Shown here: positions 18,527 through 28,023 of the stretch, piece after piece
How the letters are laid out: each line of letters opens with the position of its first letter
Numbering within the stretch: the first letter of the stretch is position 1
IMG/VR virus record: IMGVR_UViG_3300027759_000048
Strand: one strand, 5' to 3'
Source: a virus
DNA: 64,000 bases
Program-made: the position numbers and the translations under genes
Notes under the pieces: model-generated
Seen by the model: the letters and a program-made list of their open reading frames with translations, nothing else
The model's database searches: none
Told to the model about the DNA's origin: nothing

Positions 18527-19747
18527 ATGGATTGGGAATGTCGTCCTATTACAGAATGTATCGCATGTGGTTCTACCGATTTAGTTCCTGTGTTGGATCT
18601 CAATTCCCAACCATTAGCTAACTCTTATAAGAAGATACAGAATGAACCTGAGCAAACATTTCCTCTAGCAATTAATCGCTGTGAACATTGCTTTCATGTT
18701 CAACTAACACATCAAGTAAATCCTGAATTGATGTTCAAGGATTATGCTTATGTGTCAGGTACAGCTAAAACATCGTTAGAGTATTTCAATTGGCTAGTTG
18801 ACCAGATCGTAAAGAAATATGGCTCTACACCAGAGTCAGTGTTAGATATTGGATGCAATGACGGTAGTTTTCTAAACGCATGGGGTGGCACGGGAGCCTC
18901 CAGATATGGCGTTGATCCTGCTGAAAACTTGCATCCAATATCTTCTCTCAATCATACGGTTCACTGTGGATTCTTTACAGGCAAAGAGTTTGGTTCTAAG
19001 CAGTTTGATGTTATCACTTGCTTGAATGCCTTTGCTCATAATGCGGATCAGTTATCTTTGCTAAAGAACATTGCTCCACGTATGCATGAGGATAGTCTAT
19101 TGTTCTGTTCCGTATCACAGGCTGATATGATTATCAATGGTGAGTTTGATACAATCTACCACGAGCATCTATCATTTTATAACATCAAGTCAGCTAGAGC
19201 TTTGTGTAATCGTGCCGGACTACACCTTATCGATGTTATAGAACATCCAATTCATGGTGGAAGTCTTATCTTTGTTATATCAAAAGTCAAAGAAGCAAAG
19301 TTGAATATTGAAAAGAAGATTGTGGAAGAAGAAAACTATGGTTTGTATGATCCTGACACATATACTCACTATGCTGAAAAGTGTTACTTTATTGCTGATA
19401 AGTTTGCTGAGACAATCAGAGGCTATCGTGGATTAGGATATACAGTAGTTGGTTATGGTGCTCCTGCTAAAGGTAACACTCTAATGAACTTTGCTAATGA
19501 AGGTCCAGACTTTATCGTTGATGATAATCCTCTCAAGCAATTACACTTTACACCAGGTATGTCTGTTCCGATTTACTCTCAATCTTATCTAACACTAAAT
19601 CATTTTGAGAAACCAAAAGTATGCTTCGTTCCACTAGCATGGAACTTTTATGATGAGATTGTAAAGAAGATCAAAGAGATTAGACCACCACATACACATA
19701 AGGATATTTTTGTGCGTTACTTCCCAAAGTTTGAGATCAATGATTAG
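18527..19747 (+). CDS. NDP-sugar C-methyltransferase
   Basis: Zn motif CIAC...CEHC, LDIGCNDG, FDTIYHEHLSF, HGGSL, GYGAPAKGNT. Confidence 0.9.
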   Translation: MDWECRPITECIACGSTDLVPVLDLNSQPLANSYKKIQNEPEQTFPLAINRCEHCFHVQLTHQVNPELMFKDYAYVSGTAKTSLEYFNWLVDQIVKKYGSTPESVLDIGCNDGSFLNAWGGTGASRYGVDPAENLHPISSLNHTVHCGFFTGKEFGSKQFDVITCLNAFAHNADQLSLLKNIAPRMHEDSLLFCSVSQADMIINGEFDTIYHEHLSFYNIKSARALCNRAGLHLIDVIEHPIHGGSLIFVISKVKEAKLNIEKKIVEEENYGLYDPDTYTHYAEKCYFIADKFAETIRGYRGLGYTVVGYGAPAKGNTLMNFANEGPDFIVDDNPLKQLHFTPGMSVPIYSQSYLTLNHFEKPKVCFVPLAWNFYDEIVKKIKEIRPPHTHKDIFVRYFPKFEIND

Positions 19748-20522
19748 AGCATATTATCATATTCATCTAACAGATGATCCTCTAATCTGGTCATCTATCT
19801 TTCTTGAGCAAATGAAGGTGATAGAGGATTCAGGTCTCAATACACAAATTGATAAGATGAAAGTCACCTGTATTGCTCAGGACGATGATCGTATTGCTAT
19901 GTTTGTCCGACTATGTGAGTCCTATAACATTCCTATGGAATTAACCGCTGTCAAGAATCCATTTGACAACGACCGTGACATGCTCTATAATAGAAACACT
20001 AACAAGTCATGCACGGAAGATATTACACTAAAGCGTATCTATGAGGATTGTAAGACTGAAGACATGAAGGTTCTATACTTTCATTCCAAAGGCTCAACTT
20101 CATATTCCACTAACGTCAATGTCAATAACATTGTCAAACATAAGGAATACTTTTACTGGCGTTCTTTCATGAATTGGTCTGTGTTACGAAACTGGCAGTT
20201 TTGTGAGAATGCTCTAAACAGTTATGACATTGCTGGTGGTGATTATCATGAAGAACCTTCGCCACATTTCTGTGGTAACTTTTGGTGGGCAAACTCAAGT
20301 CATATAAGACAACTGCCCGACCCGATTGATAAGACATGGTGGCATAAATTACAAGAGATAACTACAGATGCTTGGATCAAACAAGCACCTGTAAGAATGT
20401 ATGATGAAATGTGGATCGGTGCTAGAGAGGGCGTCAAGGCATATGATGTTGTCGAACTTGGTGATAGAAGTGCGGTCAACGGATGCTTGACTAAGATAGA
20501 TTGCGAAAGGTTTAGAAAATGA
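19740..20522 (+). CDS. hypothetical glycosyltransferase-like protein
   Basis: YFHSKG, WR..M.W, HFCGNFWWA, EMWIG. Confidence 0.6.
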   Translation: MIRAYYHIHLTDDPLIWSSIFLEQMKVIEDSGLNTQIDKMKVTCIAQDDDRIAMFVRLCESYNIPMELTAVKNPFDNDRDMLYNRNTNKSCTEDITLKRIYEDCKTEDMKVLYFHSKGSTSYSTNVNVNNIVKHKEYFYWRSFMNWSVLRNWQFCENALNSYDIAGGDYHEEPSPHFCGNFWWANSSHIRQLPDPIDKTWWHKLQEITTDAWIKQAPVRMYDEMWIGAREGVKAYDVVELGDRSAVNGCLTKIDCERFRK

Positions 20523-21766
20523 AAGTAGCAGTTATTGGTGCAGGTGGTCATGTTGGCTTTCCATTTGCTTGTGTGATTGCTGAAGCAGGTCATACAGTTT
20601 ATGGTATAGATATCAATCAGTATAATGTTGATTGTCTAACCAAAGGTATTGTGCCATATGTTGAAGAAGGTGCTGGTGTTATTCTTCGCCGCAATCTTGA
20701 CAACAATCGTTTGATATTTACGACAGACTTTGACTTTATCAAAAACGTTGATGTTATCGCCATTATGATTGGCACGCCAGTTGATGGAGAAGGTAATGCC
20801 AGACTTGATGATCTTTTTAATTTTGTTGATGATACTCTTATTCCTCGTATGAATGTAGGACAATTGATTGTTCTTCGTTCTACAGTATCACCAGGAACAA
20901 CAGAGGTTCTTCGTAAACATATTGCCAAGAAACATGGCTGGGCAGAAGGTGCTGATTATCATCTTGTATTCTGTCCTGAGAGAGTTGTTCAAGGTAAGTC
21001 TATTATTGAAACTGGCAAGCTACCACAGCTTGTTGGTGCTTTTACAACTCGTTCTTTTGAGGTTGCTAGAGATTTCTTTAGTACCTTTATCACAAATCAA
21101 ATCTTTCATCTGTCTCCCAAAGAGGCAGAGATTGGCAAGTTGATGACAAATATGTATCGTTATGTTACTTTTGCGTTTGCCAATGAGTTCTGGATGATTG
21201 GTGAAAAGCATGGAGTAAACATTGATAAAGTTATTGACGCATGTAATTACGACTATCCAAGAATGGATGTACCTCACCCTGGACCTAATGTCGGAGGGCC
21301 TTGTCTATTTAAAGATGGTCGTTTTCTTCTTTCTGATATTCCTTTCGGCGATCTTATTCAAACTAGCTTCCTTATCAATGAGGGCATGCCTGATTATATC
21401 TTCAACCGTATCAGAGAAATAAATCCTAACATTGAGAACGTTCTAATTCTCGGTGCTACATTCAAGAAGAACTGTGACGATACACGAAACAGTCTTTCAT
21501 TCAAGATGAAGAAGGTATGTAAGAAGCATGGTGTGACTGCTTATATGGTTGACCCGATGCATATTGAAGATATGAATATACCAAACAACAAAACATTCGA
21601 TGCTGTGATTGTCATGACACCACATGATGATTTTCTCAATCCAGAGACATTCGGATACAAGACAACAGATTTTAGCTACGATTGTGTTATTGCTGATCTA
21701 TGGAAGATGTTTCCAAAAAGTAAGCTAAGTAATACCGGCATATATAAAGCAGGAGAAGTTCTATGA
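20519..21766 (+). CDS. nucleotide-sugar 6-dehydrogenase (UDP-Glc/UDP-ManNAc dehydrogenase family)
   Basis: GAGGHVG, LRSTVSPGTT, CPERV, VGGPCLFKD (catalytic Cys), DDTRNS. Confidence 0.9.
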   Translation: MKVAVIGAGGHVGFPFACVIAEAGHTVYGIDINQYNVDCLTKGIVPYVEEGAGVILRRNLDNNRLIFTTDFDFIKNVDVIAIMIGTPVDGEGNARLDDLFNFVDDTLIPRMNVGQLIVLRSTVSPGTTEVLRKHIAKKHGWAEGADYHLVFCPERVVQGKSIIETGKLPQLVGAFTTRSFEVARDFFSTFITNQIFHLSPKEAEIGKLMTNMYRYVTFAFANEFWMIGEKHGVNIDKVIDACNYDYPRMDVPHPGPNVGGPCLFKDGRFLLSDIPFGDLIQTSFLINEGMPDYIFNRIREINPNIENVLILGATFKKNCDDTRNSLSFKMKKVCKKHGVTAYMVDPMHIEDMNIPNNKTFDAVIVMTPHDDFLNPETFGYKTTDFSYDCVIADLWKMFPKSKLSNTGIYKAGEVL

Positions 21767-22755
21767 AGGTTTTAGTGACAGGTAGTGAAGGTTCATTGAT
21801 GCAGGCAGTTATTCCGCTGCTATTGAAAAAGGGTTATGTTGTTGTCGGTGTTGATAACTTAGCACGATATGGCGAACGTCTTGGTATCGCCGGTAATGAT
21901 TATCAGTTTATCAAGTGTGATCTTACAGACCGTATCAGCGTTGATAGATTGATTGAACAGACTAGACCAGACTGTATCATTCAGGCTGCTGCTACAATCT
22001 ACGGCGTCGGTGGCTTCAATAAATATTGTGGTGAGATGTATAAAGATATCTCTCTACATGATAATGTTCTTAGGGCTGCTGTTAAGAATGGTGTGCTAAA
22101 GGTAATCTACATTTCATCATCTATGGTCTATGAGAACTGTCCACAGAAGATTGGTTATCCTGTAGCGGAAGATATCATTGATACAAATCCAGCACCATAT
22201 ACAGATTACGGACTATCAAAGTTTGTTGGTGAACGTGTTTCTAAGGCATACCTAAAGCAGCATGGATTGAAATATACAATCTGGCGTCCGTTCAATATCA
22301 TTACACCATATGAAAAGAGTGAAGATGCTGAAGTTGGTATCTCCCATGTGTTTGCTGATTACATCAAAAACATTGTAATCGAGAGAAAGCATCCACTACC
22401 TATCATCGGTAATGGTAGTCAGGTACGTTGCTTCACGTGGATTGATGAAGTGGCTGCTGCTATTGCTGATCATTCATTCTCTAACAAGACAGATAACCAG
22501 ATATACAATCTAGGTAATCCTGAACCTATCTCTATGCGAGTTCTAGCAGAGAAGATCAAGGACATTGCTTCAAAAGAGTTTAGATTGTTTGATGATTACT
22601 TCTTGCTTTACGAAACAGTTGGTAATTATGAGAACGATGTTCTTGTGCGTATTCCTGATTGTGATAAAGCAAAGAATGAACTTGGTTGGGAAGCCAAGAT
22701 GAAAGTTGATGACTCAATTCGTATGTGCCTCAAACATGTTGTGGAGAAAAAATGA
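21763..22755 (+). CDS. NAD-dependent epimerase/decarboxylase (UDP-GlcA decarboxylase-like)
   Basis: SSSMVYE, YGLSK, WRPFN, GSQVRCFT. Confidence 0.8.
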   Translation: MKVLVTGSEGSLMQAVIPLLLKKGYVVVGVDNLARYGERLGIAGNDYQFIKCDLTDRISVDRLIEQTRPDCIIQAAATIYGVGGFNKYCGEMYKDISLHDNVLRAAVKNGVLKVIYISSSMVYENCPQKIGYPVAEDIIDTNPAPYTDYGLSKFVGERVSKAYLKQHGLKYTIWRPFNIITPYEKSEDAEVGISHVFADYIKNIVIERKHPLPIIGNGSQVRCFTWIDEVAAAIADHSFSNKTDNQIYNLGNPEPISMRVLAEKIKDIASKEFRLFDDYFLLYETVGNYENDVLVRIPDCDKAKNELGWEAKMKVDDSIRMCLKHVVEKK

Positions 22756-23693
22756 AAACATTCGTAGTCACGGGTTGTAACGGTTTTATCGGCAGCCATA
22801 TGTGCTACGAGTTGCGGCAGTCATATCCAGACTGTCACATCATAGGAGTAGATAAAGTTGATAAACCGCATCTTAGGCATCTGTATGATGTTTATAGCCG
22901 TATTGATATGTCTGTCAATTCCCTTTATTTCGGATCAAAGAGTATCGACTGCTTATTCCACTTTGCCGCATACATTTCAGTGGAAGAGGGTGAACGAGAT
23001 CCATGGGCATACTACAGGAACAACATTGGTGCCACATTCGGAGCCATCGACGCAGCAAAATACTACGGAATAAAGAACTTTATCTTTTCTTCTACTGCCG
23101 CTGTGTATGGTGACTCCATCAATCCACTAGCTGGACACATAATGGAAACACGACCAATAAATCCTGTTTCTGTCTATGGTAAAACAAAAGCAATATGTGA
23201 AGATATATTATCTACTCTTGATGGTATCAATGTAGCCCGCCTACGCTATTTCAATGCCTGTGGTAGAAACGCTAAAGCAAATCTACATGAAGAACATAAT
23301 CCAGAAACACATCTCATTCCTCTTCTAGTCAGAAACAAGAAAGCAGCTATTTACGGAGACACATGGGCAACGAAAGATGGAACGTGTGTTCGTGATTATG
23401 TTCATGTGATTGATATCTGCCGGGCTCATATCTGTGCCTATGAGTATATAAGTAACAATGAAGGTTCTAATATTGCTTGTAACATTGGAACAGGCACTGG
23501 ATATACTGTCAAGGAAGTGATTGACAAAGTAAACGAAATCATTCATAATGGTGAGATGGAAATAGTTTATGAGGATCGTCGCAATGGTGACGTTCCTTAT
23601 CTTGTTGCTGATACAACAACCGCAGAAACAGTATTAAAATTTAAACCAGAGCATACACTAGACGATATCATAGAAAGTATGAAGAATGGATAA
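22752..23693 (+). CDS. galE: UDP-glucose 4-epimerase
   Basis: GCNGFIGSH, FSSTAAVYG, YGKTK, LRYFNACG, ETHLIP, DGTCVRDYVHV. Confidence 0.9.
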   Translation: MKTFVVTGCNGFIGSHMCYELRQSYPDCHIIGVDKVDKPHLRHLYDVYSRIDMSVNSLYFGSKSIDCLFHFAAYISVEEGERDPWAYYRNNIGATFGAIDAAKYYGIKNFIFSSTAAVYGDSINPLAGHIMETRPINPVSVYGKTKAICEDILSTLDGINVARLRYFNACGRNAKANLHEEHNPETHLIPLLVRNKKAAIYGDTWATKDGTCVRDYVHVIDICRAHICAYEYISNNEGSNIACNIGTGTGYTVKEVIDKVNEIIHNGEMEIVYEDRRNGDVPYLVADTTTAETVLKFKPEHTLDDIIESMKNG

Positions 23694-23853
23694 GTGGGAA
23701 GAACTGAAACTTCTTATTGATGGACATATGGCATGGCCTGTAATCTACAGCCACTCAAGAGAGTTTGAAAAAGGTGAACTGAAGCGTGTTAAAGAATGGA
23801 TGGAATATCTAGAAGAGAAGGAAAAGAAGAATGAAATACAAAGCACCGACTGA
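23686..23853 (+). CDS. small hypothetical protein
   Basis: 55-aa ORF (MDKWEELKLL...) bridging galE and the acyl-CoA dehydrogenase. Confidence 0.5.
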   Translation: MDKWEELKLLIDGHMAWPVIYSHSREFEKGELKRVKEWMEYLEEKEKKNEIQSTD

Positions 23854-25489
23854 ATCCGCATTATTTCTTCTTCGTGATGTTTTAAAGTTTGACAACGATC
23901 TATCTGAACCTATTATCAATGAAGCAGCAAAGCTATGTGAAGAGATTATCTTTCCTACTAATGCTGATGGTGACAATGGTTGTGAAAGAGGCGTGTTTAA
24001 TGATGTTACTGTGCCAGGTACATTTCACAAAGTATATGAAGAGTTTAGTAAAGGTGGCTGGGGCGCATTAGATGTGTCAGAACAATATGGTGGTCAGGGA
24101 TTGCCTAATGTTCTATTCTCAGCCGTCAATGAGTTTGTTTGTTCTAGTAACATGGCCTTCAGTTTGTTCCCTGGTATTACTAAGGGTGCGATTACAGCTA
24201 TTCTAGCAGAAGGTACACAAGAGCAAAAAGATAATTATGTTCCTAAGATGGCCTCTGGTGAATGGACTGGTACCATGAACTTGACAGAACCACATTGTGG
24301 TACTGATCTAGGTTTGCTCAAAACAAAAGCCATTTCTACTGGTAGAGATACAGAATTTTTAATTACAGGTCAAAAGATATTCATTTCATGTGGTGAACAT
24401 GACCTAACAGAAAACATTATTCATCTTGTATTAGCAAGAGTTGAAGGTGATCCACCAGGAACAAAAGGTATCAGTTTGTTTATTGTTCCTAAGATACATG
24501 GTGATGGTGAATACAACAAACTATCAGTTGGTTCTATTGAACACAAGATGGGTATCAAAGGTTCACCTGCTTGTGTTATGAACTATGATGGTGCTGTTGG
24601 TTATCTACTTGGCGAAAGAGGTAAGGGTTTAAATGTTATGTTCCACATGATGAATGAGGAGCGTATTAACTGTGCTCTACAGGCACTTGGACAATCGGAG
24701 TTGGCTTATCAAAATGCTTTGGAATATGCTAGAGAACGGATACAAAGTTCTAGAATCACTGATCCTAAAGGCCCCGCTGTGGCTATTATTAACCATCCTG
24801 ATGTCCGTCGTATGCTTCTCGATATACGATCTTTCAACGAAGCATCAAGATTGTGTTTATATGAAGCAGCCTTGCTCGTTGATGATAAATCAGATGACGC
24901 ACAGGAACGATTAGGACTTATTACACCAGTATTGAAAGGTATGTTTACTGATTATGGTTTTGAGAATGCTGTCAAGGCACAGCAAGTCTTTGGAGGACAT
25001 GGTTATATTAAAGAGTGGGGTATGGAGCAGATTGTTCGGGATGTTCGCATATCTCAGATTTACGAAGGTGCCAACGGCATACAGGCAATGGATCTTGTTG
25101 GTCGTAAACTCCCTAAGAACTTTGGGCGGGGTATAAAAACATTCTTGGCTGATAGTGCTCATTTCTTAACCGGCGCTTATGAGAATGGTATCAATCCTAT
25201 TGTTCAGCCAATGACTACATCCGTTGATCATTTGAAGCAGGCGACAGAATGGCTAGTTGGTCATGCTATGAAGAATCCAAACAATGCTGGTTCTGCCGCA
25301 TATGATTACATGGAGATTTTTGGTATTGTATTGCTTGGTCTTGCTCATGTGAAGATTTGTCTTGCTACTGACGATAAAGACAGACACAATACAGCCCAGT
25401 ATTTCATGGATCGGATCGCACCCAAGACACAGTTTCTTTTGAACCGTATTCGTAAAGGTAGCGATACAATGATGAATGCCGACCTCTGA
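23831..25489 (+). CDS. acyl-CoA dehydrogenase (DmdC / long proteobacterial ACAD type)
   Basis: GTMNLTEPHCGTDL, GQKIFIS, GTKGISLF, EHKMGI, QVFGGHGYI.EWGMEQ.VRD.RI.QIYEGANGIQAMDL. Confidence 0.93.
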   Translation: MKYKAPTESALFLLRDVLKFDNDLSEPIINEAAKLCEEIIFPTNADGDNGCERGVFNDVTVPGTFHKVYEEFSKGGWGALDVSEQYGGQGLPNVLFSAVNEFVCSSNMAFSLFPGITKGAITAILAEGTQEQKDNYVPKMASGEWTGTMNLTEPHCGTDLGLLKTKAISTGRDTEFLITGQKIFISCGEHDLTENIIHLVLARVEGDPPGTKGISLFIVPKIHGDGEYNKLSVGSIEHKMGIKGSPACVMNYDGAVGYLLGERGKGLNVMFHMMNEERINCALQALGQSELAYQNALEYARERIQSSRITDPKGPAVAIINHPDVRRMLLDIRSFNEASRLCLYEAALLVDDKSDDAQERLGLITPVLKGMFTDYGFENAVKAQQVFGGHGYIKEWGMEQIVRDVRISQIYEGANGIQAMDLVGRKLPKNFGRGIKTFLADSAHFLTGAYENGINPIVQPMTTSVDHLKQATEWLVGHAMKNPNNAGSAAYDYMEIFGIVLLGLAHVKICLATDDKDRHNTAQYFMDRIAPKTQFLLNRIRKGSDTMMNADL

Positions 25490-25630
25490 TGGACTCTATT
25501 ACTCAGGCAGAATTTGATAAACAATTCGCTGAGTATGTAAAAGACAAAGAGGTGAATAAAGATAATCTATTGGAACTGAAGATAGAGTATATGAAGATAC
25601 TGAAAGAAAAAGGGCTGACGGTTCGTGCTG

Positions 25631-25638
25631 GATAAATA
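25631..25638 (+). promoter_or_regulatory. possible T4-type late promoter
   Basis: GATAAATA about 30 nt upstream of the TTG start, with an AGGAGG SD. Confidence 0.5.
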
Positions 25639-25666
25639 GACGTGGACCAGCCTAAAAGGAGGCCCT

Positions 25667-26410
25667 TTGAAAAATAAAGATCGCAGAAAGTATCGCTCTA
25701 TCTTTATATCTGATGTTCATCTTGGCACTAAACATTCAAATGCGGAACTCTTGCTAGAGTTTCTAAAATCTACTGAGGCCGAAACATACTATCTAATAGG
25801 TGATATTATTGATGGTTGGAGTATGAAGAAAAAAATACATTGGCCACAGTCTCATTCTAATGTTCTACAATACCTTCTCAAACTATCAAAGAACGGGCAC
25901 AAAGTTGTTTATATAACTGGTAACCATGATGAGTTTCTCCGTGAGTATGGTGGAACTGTATTGGGTAATATTGAGTTAGTAAATGAGTGTATTCATGTGG
26001 GAGAAGATAACAATAGGTATCTTGTTATTCATGGTGACCAGTTTGACCTGGTCACAACCAATGCTAAGTGGCTTGCTTATGTTGGTGGTTGGGCTTATGA
26101 TTGTATGATTGACTTGAATACTAAATTACAATGGGTATATAGAACTCTTAACATTCGAGGCTTCTCATTATCTGCGTGGGCAAAGCATAATGTCAAAGAG
26201 GCAGTAAACTTTATCGGTGACTATGAGTCTGTGGTTGCAGATGCAGCCAAAAGGAGATGCGTCGATGGGGTTATATGTGGCCATATACATTCTGTTAATA
26301 TATCTACTATTGATGGTGTTAAATATATGAACTGTGGTGACTGGGTAGAATCCTGCACCGCTATTGTTGAACACCACAGTGGAAAGTTTGAGATTATAAG
26401 GAAACTATAA
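25667..26410 (+). CDS. plcP: PlcP-type phospholipase C (LpxH-like metallophosphoesterase)
   Basis: YRSIFISDVHLG, GDIIDGW, GNHDE, HGDQFD, SLSAWAK..VK.AVNFI, CGHIH, GDWVESCTA.VEH. Confidence 0.8.
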   Translation: MKNKDRRKYRSIFISDVHLGTKHSNAELLLEFLKSTEAETYYLIGDIIDGWSMKKKIHWPQSHSNVLQYLLKLSKNGHKVVYITGNHDEFLREYGGTVLGNIELVNECIHVGEDNNRYLVIHGDQFDLVTTNAKWLAYVGGWAYDCMIDLNTKLQWVYRTLNIRGFSLSAWAKHNVKEAVNFIGDYESVVADAAKRRCVDGVICGHIHSVNISTIDGVKYMNCGDWVESCTAIVEHHSGKFEIIRKL

Positions 26411-27399
26411 TGCGTTTGACTATCTTTACTGATGCGTGGGATCCACAAATCAATGGTGTTGTTACAACATTAAAGACAACTATTGAACACTTAGAAAAGC
26501 GTGGACATTCTGTAAGAGTTGTCCACCCTGGTCTATTCAAGATGACAATACCTTTACAACCTTCAACTGGCATCTACATGCCGCTTTTGCCTATGGGTAT
26601 AGCTGATGATGAAGTGAAAGAAGCTGAACATATTCATATCGCAACAGAAGGATCAATCGGTCTTGCCGCAAGATATTATTGTAAAAAGTATAAGAGACGT
26701 TACACTACATCCTTTCACACTAAGTATCCAGAGTACCTTTATGAACACGCTTATATACCACCAAGAATTACTGGTGGGTATTTTCGTTGGTTCCATAGAA
26801 ACAGCAATTGTGTTATGGTACCAACCCCCGCCATGGTTGATTACTGTTCTAAACTCGGTATAAAGAATGTAAAGATATGGTCCCGTGGAGTTGATACAAA
26901 TATCTTCAAACCATCTGATTGGAAGAACACTGGTGTTATTCGTGCGGTCTATGTCGGTCGTGTATCAGCCGAAAAGAACCTAATCGAATATCTAGAGGTG
27001 AGCAATCCAAACATTGTTAAGTATGTAATCGGCGATGGACCTCAGTTAGAGGAATATAAAGTGAGATATACTGATGCTTATTTTCTTGGTCGTAAGAACC
27101 GAGAAGAGATTGCTAAACTATTACAGGCATATGATGTGTTTGCTTGGCCATCAATGACAGATACATTTGGACTTGTTGTATTAGAAGGAATGGCTTGTGG
27201 ATTACCTGTTGCTGCACTCGATAACGAAGTTAATCGTTACATTATTGAAGATGGTAAGTCAGGTATTCTAACAGATAGTTATCACTTTGAAGAGGCAATT
27301 GTGAAAGCGTCTAAACTCAATAGAGATCATGCTGTGGCCAGAGCAAAACAATTCTCATGGGAAGCAGCAACCGATCAGTTTATAGAGAACATAGTATGA
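26410..27399 (+). CDS. agt: GT4 glycosyltransferase, Agt-type diacylglycerol glycosyltransferase
   Basis: TDAWDPQINGVV.TL, HIATEG.IG, TTSFHTKYPEY, WSRGVD, YVGRVS.EKN, DTFGLVVLE; translationally coupled to plcP. Confidence 0.75.
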   Translation: MRLTIFTDAWDPQINGVVTTLKTTIEHLEKRGHSVRVVHPGLFKMTIPLQPSTGIYMPLLPMGIADDEVKEAEHIHIATEGSIGLAARYYCKKYKRRYTTSFHTKYPEYLYEHAYIPPRITGGYFRWFHRNSNCVMVPTPAMVDYCSKLGIKNVKIWSRGVDTNIFKPSDWKNTGVIRAVYVGRVSAEKNLIEYLEVSNPNIVKYVIGDGPQLEEYKVRYTDAYFLGRKNREEIAKLLQAYDVFAWPSMTDTFGLVVLEGMACGLPVAALDNEVNRYIIEDGKSGILTDSYHFEEAIVKASKLNRDHAVARAKQFSWEAATDQFIENIV

Positions 27400-27656
27400 C
27401 TGAAACAGACTATAACGAAATTATAGATTCCTTACACAAGCTGGCTGATTGGGTTGAGAAAGACAACCATGTTCAATGTCACTCTGTTCCTCGTAAGGCT
27501 GCTTATCTGATTACTGTTTTACAAGAAGATAATAACATAATGAGAGTCCAACTTATGAAAGGTGGATACACTATCAAAGAACGAATAATGATGGCCATAG
27601 GTTCTGTATATCTTGTGTGGTACAAGTTTAAGAAGAAAAGGAAAAAGAATGTATGA
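27396..27656 (+). CDS. hypothetical protein
   Basis: ATGA overlap with the upstream gene. Confidence 0.6.
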   Translation: MTETDYNEIIDSLHKLADWVEKDNHVQCHSVPRKAAYLITVLQEDNNIMRVQLMKGGYTIKERIMMAIGSVYLVWYKFKKKRKKNV

Positions 27657-27940
27657 TGAAATATTTGACGATAATCTCAATGGTGGTATTCCCCACGGTT
27701 GCTAGTGCTCAGTATCATTCCTTGAGTGGTGGTCCTGTAACAGATATTCCTGCGTATTCATGGGAGAACCCTGGATGGAGTCAGGGATCAACCGCATTCA
27801 ATGCTAGTCCGCACCAGCTACCTACAGCGTCAGCACCCACAATGGTTCAATCATTTGCTCCTGATAGTCGTGGTGGTTCTGTTGGTGGTGGATCTATTCC
27901 ACCTTCACGATTGAATAATGACTTTGGAAACATGGATTGA
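27653..27940 (+). CDS. small secreted protein
   Basis: Signal peptide ending ASA. Confidence 0.6.
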   Translation: MMKYLTIISMVVFPTVASAQYHSLSGGPVTDIPAYSWENPGWSQGSTAFNASPHQLPTASAPTMVQSFAPDSRGGSVGGGSIPPSRLNNDFGNMD

Positions 27941-27952
27941 ATGTAAACAAGG

Positions 27953-27998
27953 TGCGACAATATGTCGCATTGACAAACCCACCTAGATCCTCTATAAT
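27953..27998 (+). promoter_or_regulatory. early promoter with an upstream palindrome resembling a RegA/PrrA/RegR box
   Basis: TGCGACA-ATA-TGTCGCA abutting TTGACA-N17-TATAAT. Confidence 0.8.
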
Positions 27999-28023
27999 GA
28001 GAGTTCTTATCATGGAGGTTTGT

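Noticed and set aside
25490-25666. Pho box upstream of plcP
   Set aside because: No CTGTCAT-like direct repeat is visible; the region holds a small ORF and a late-promoter-like motif.
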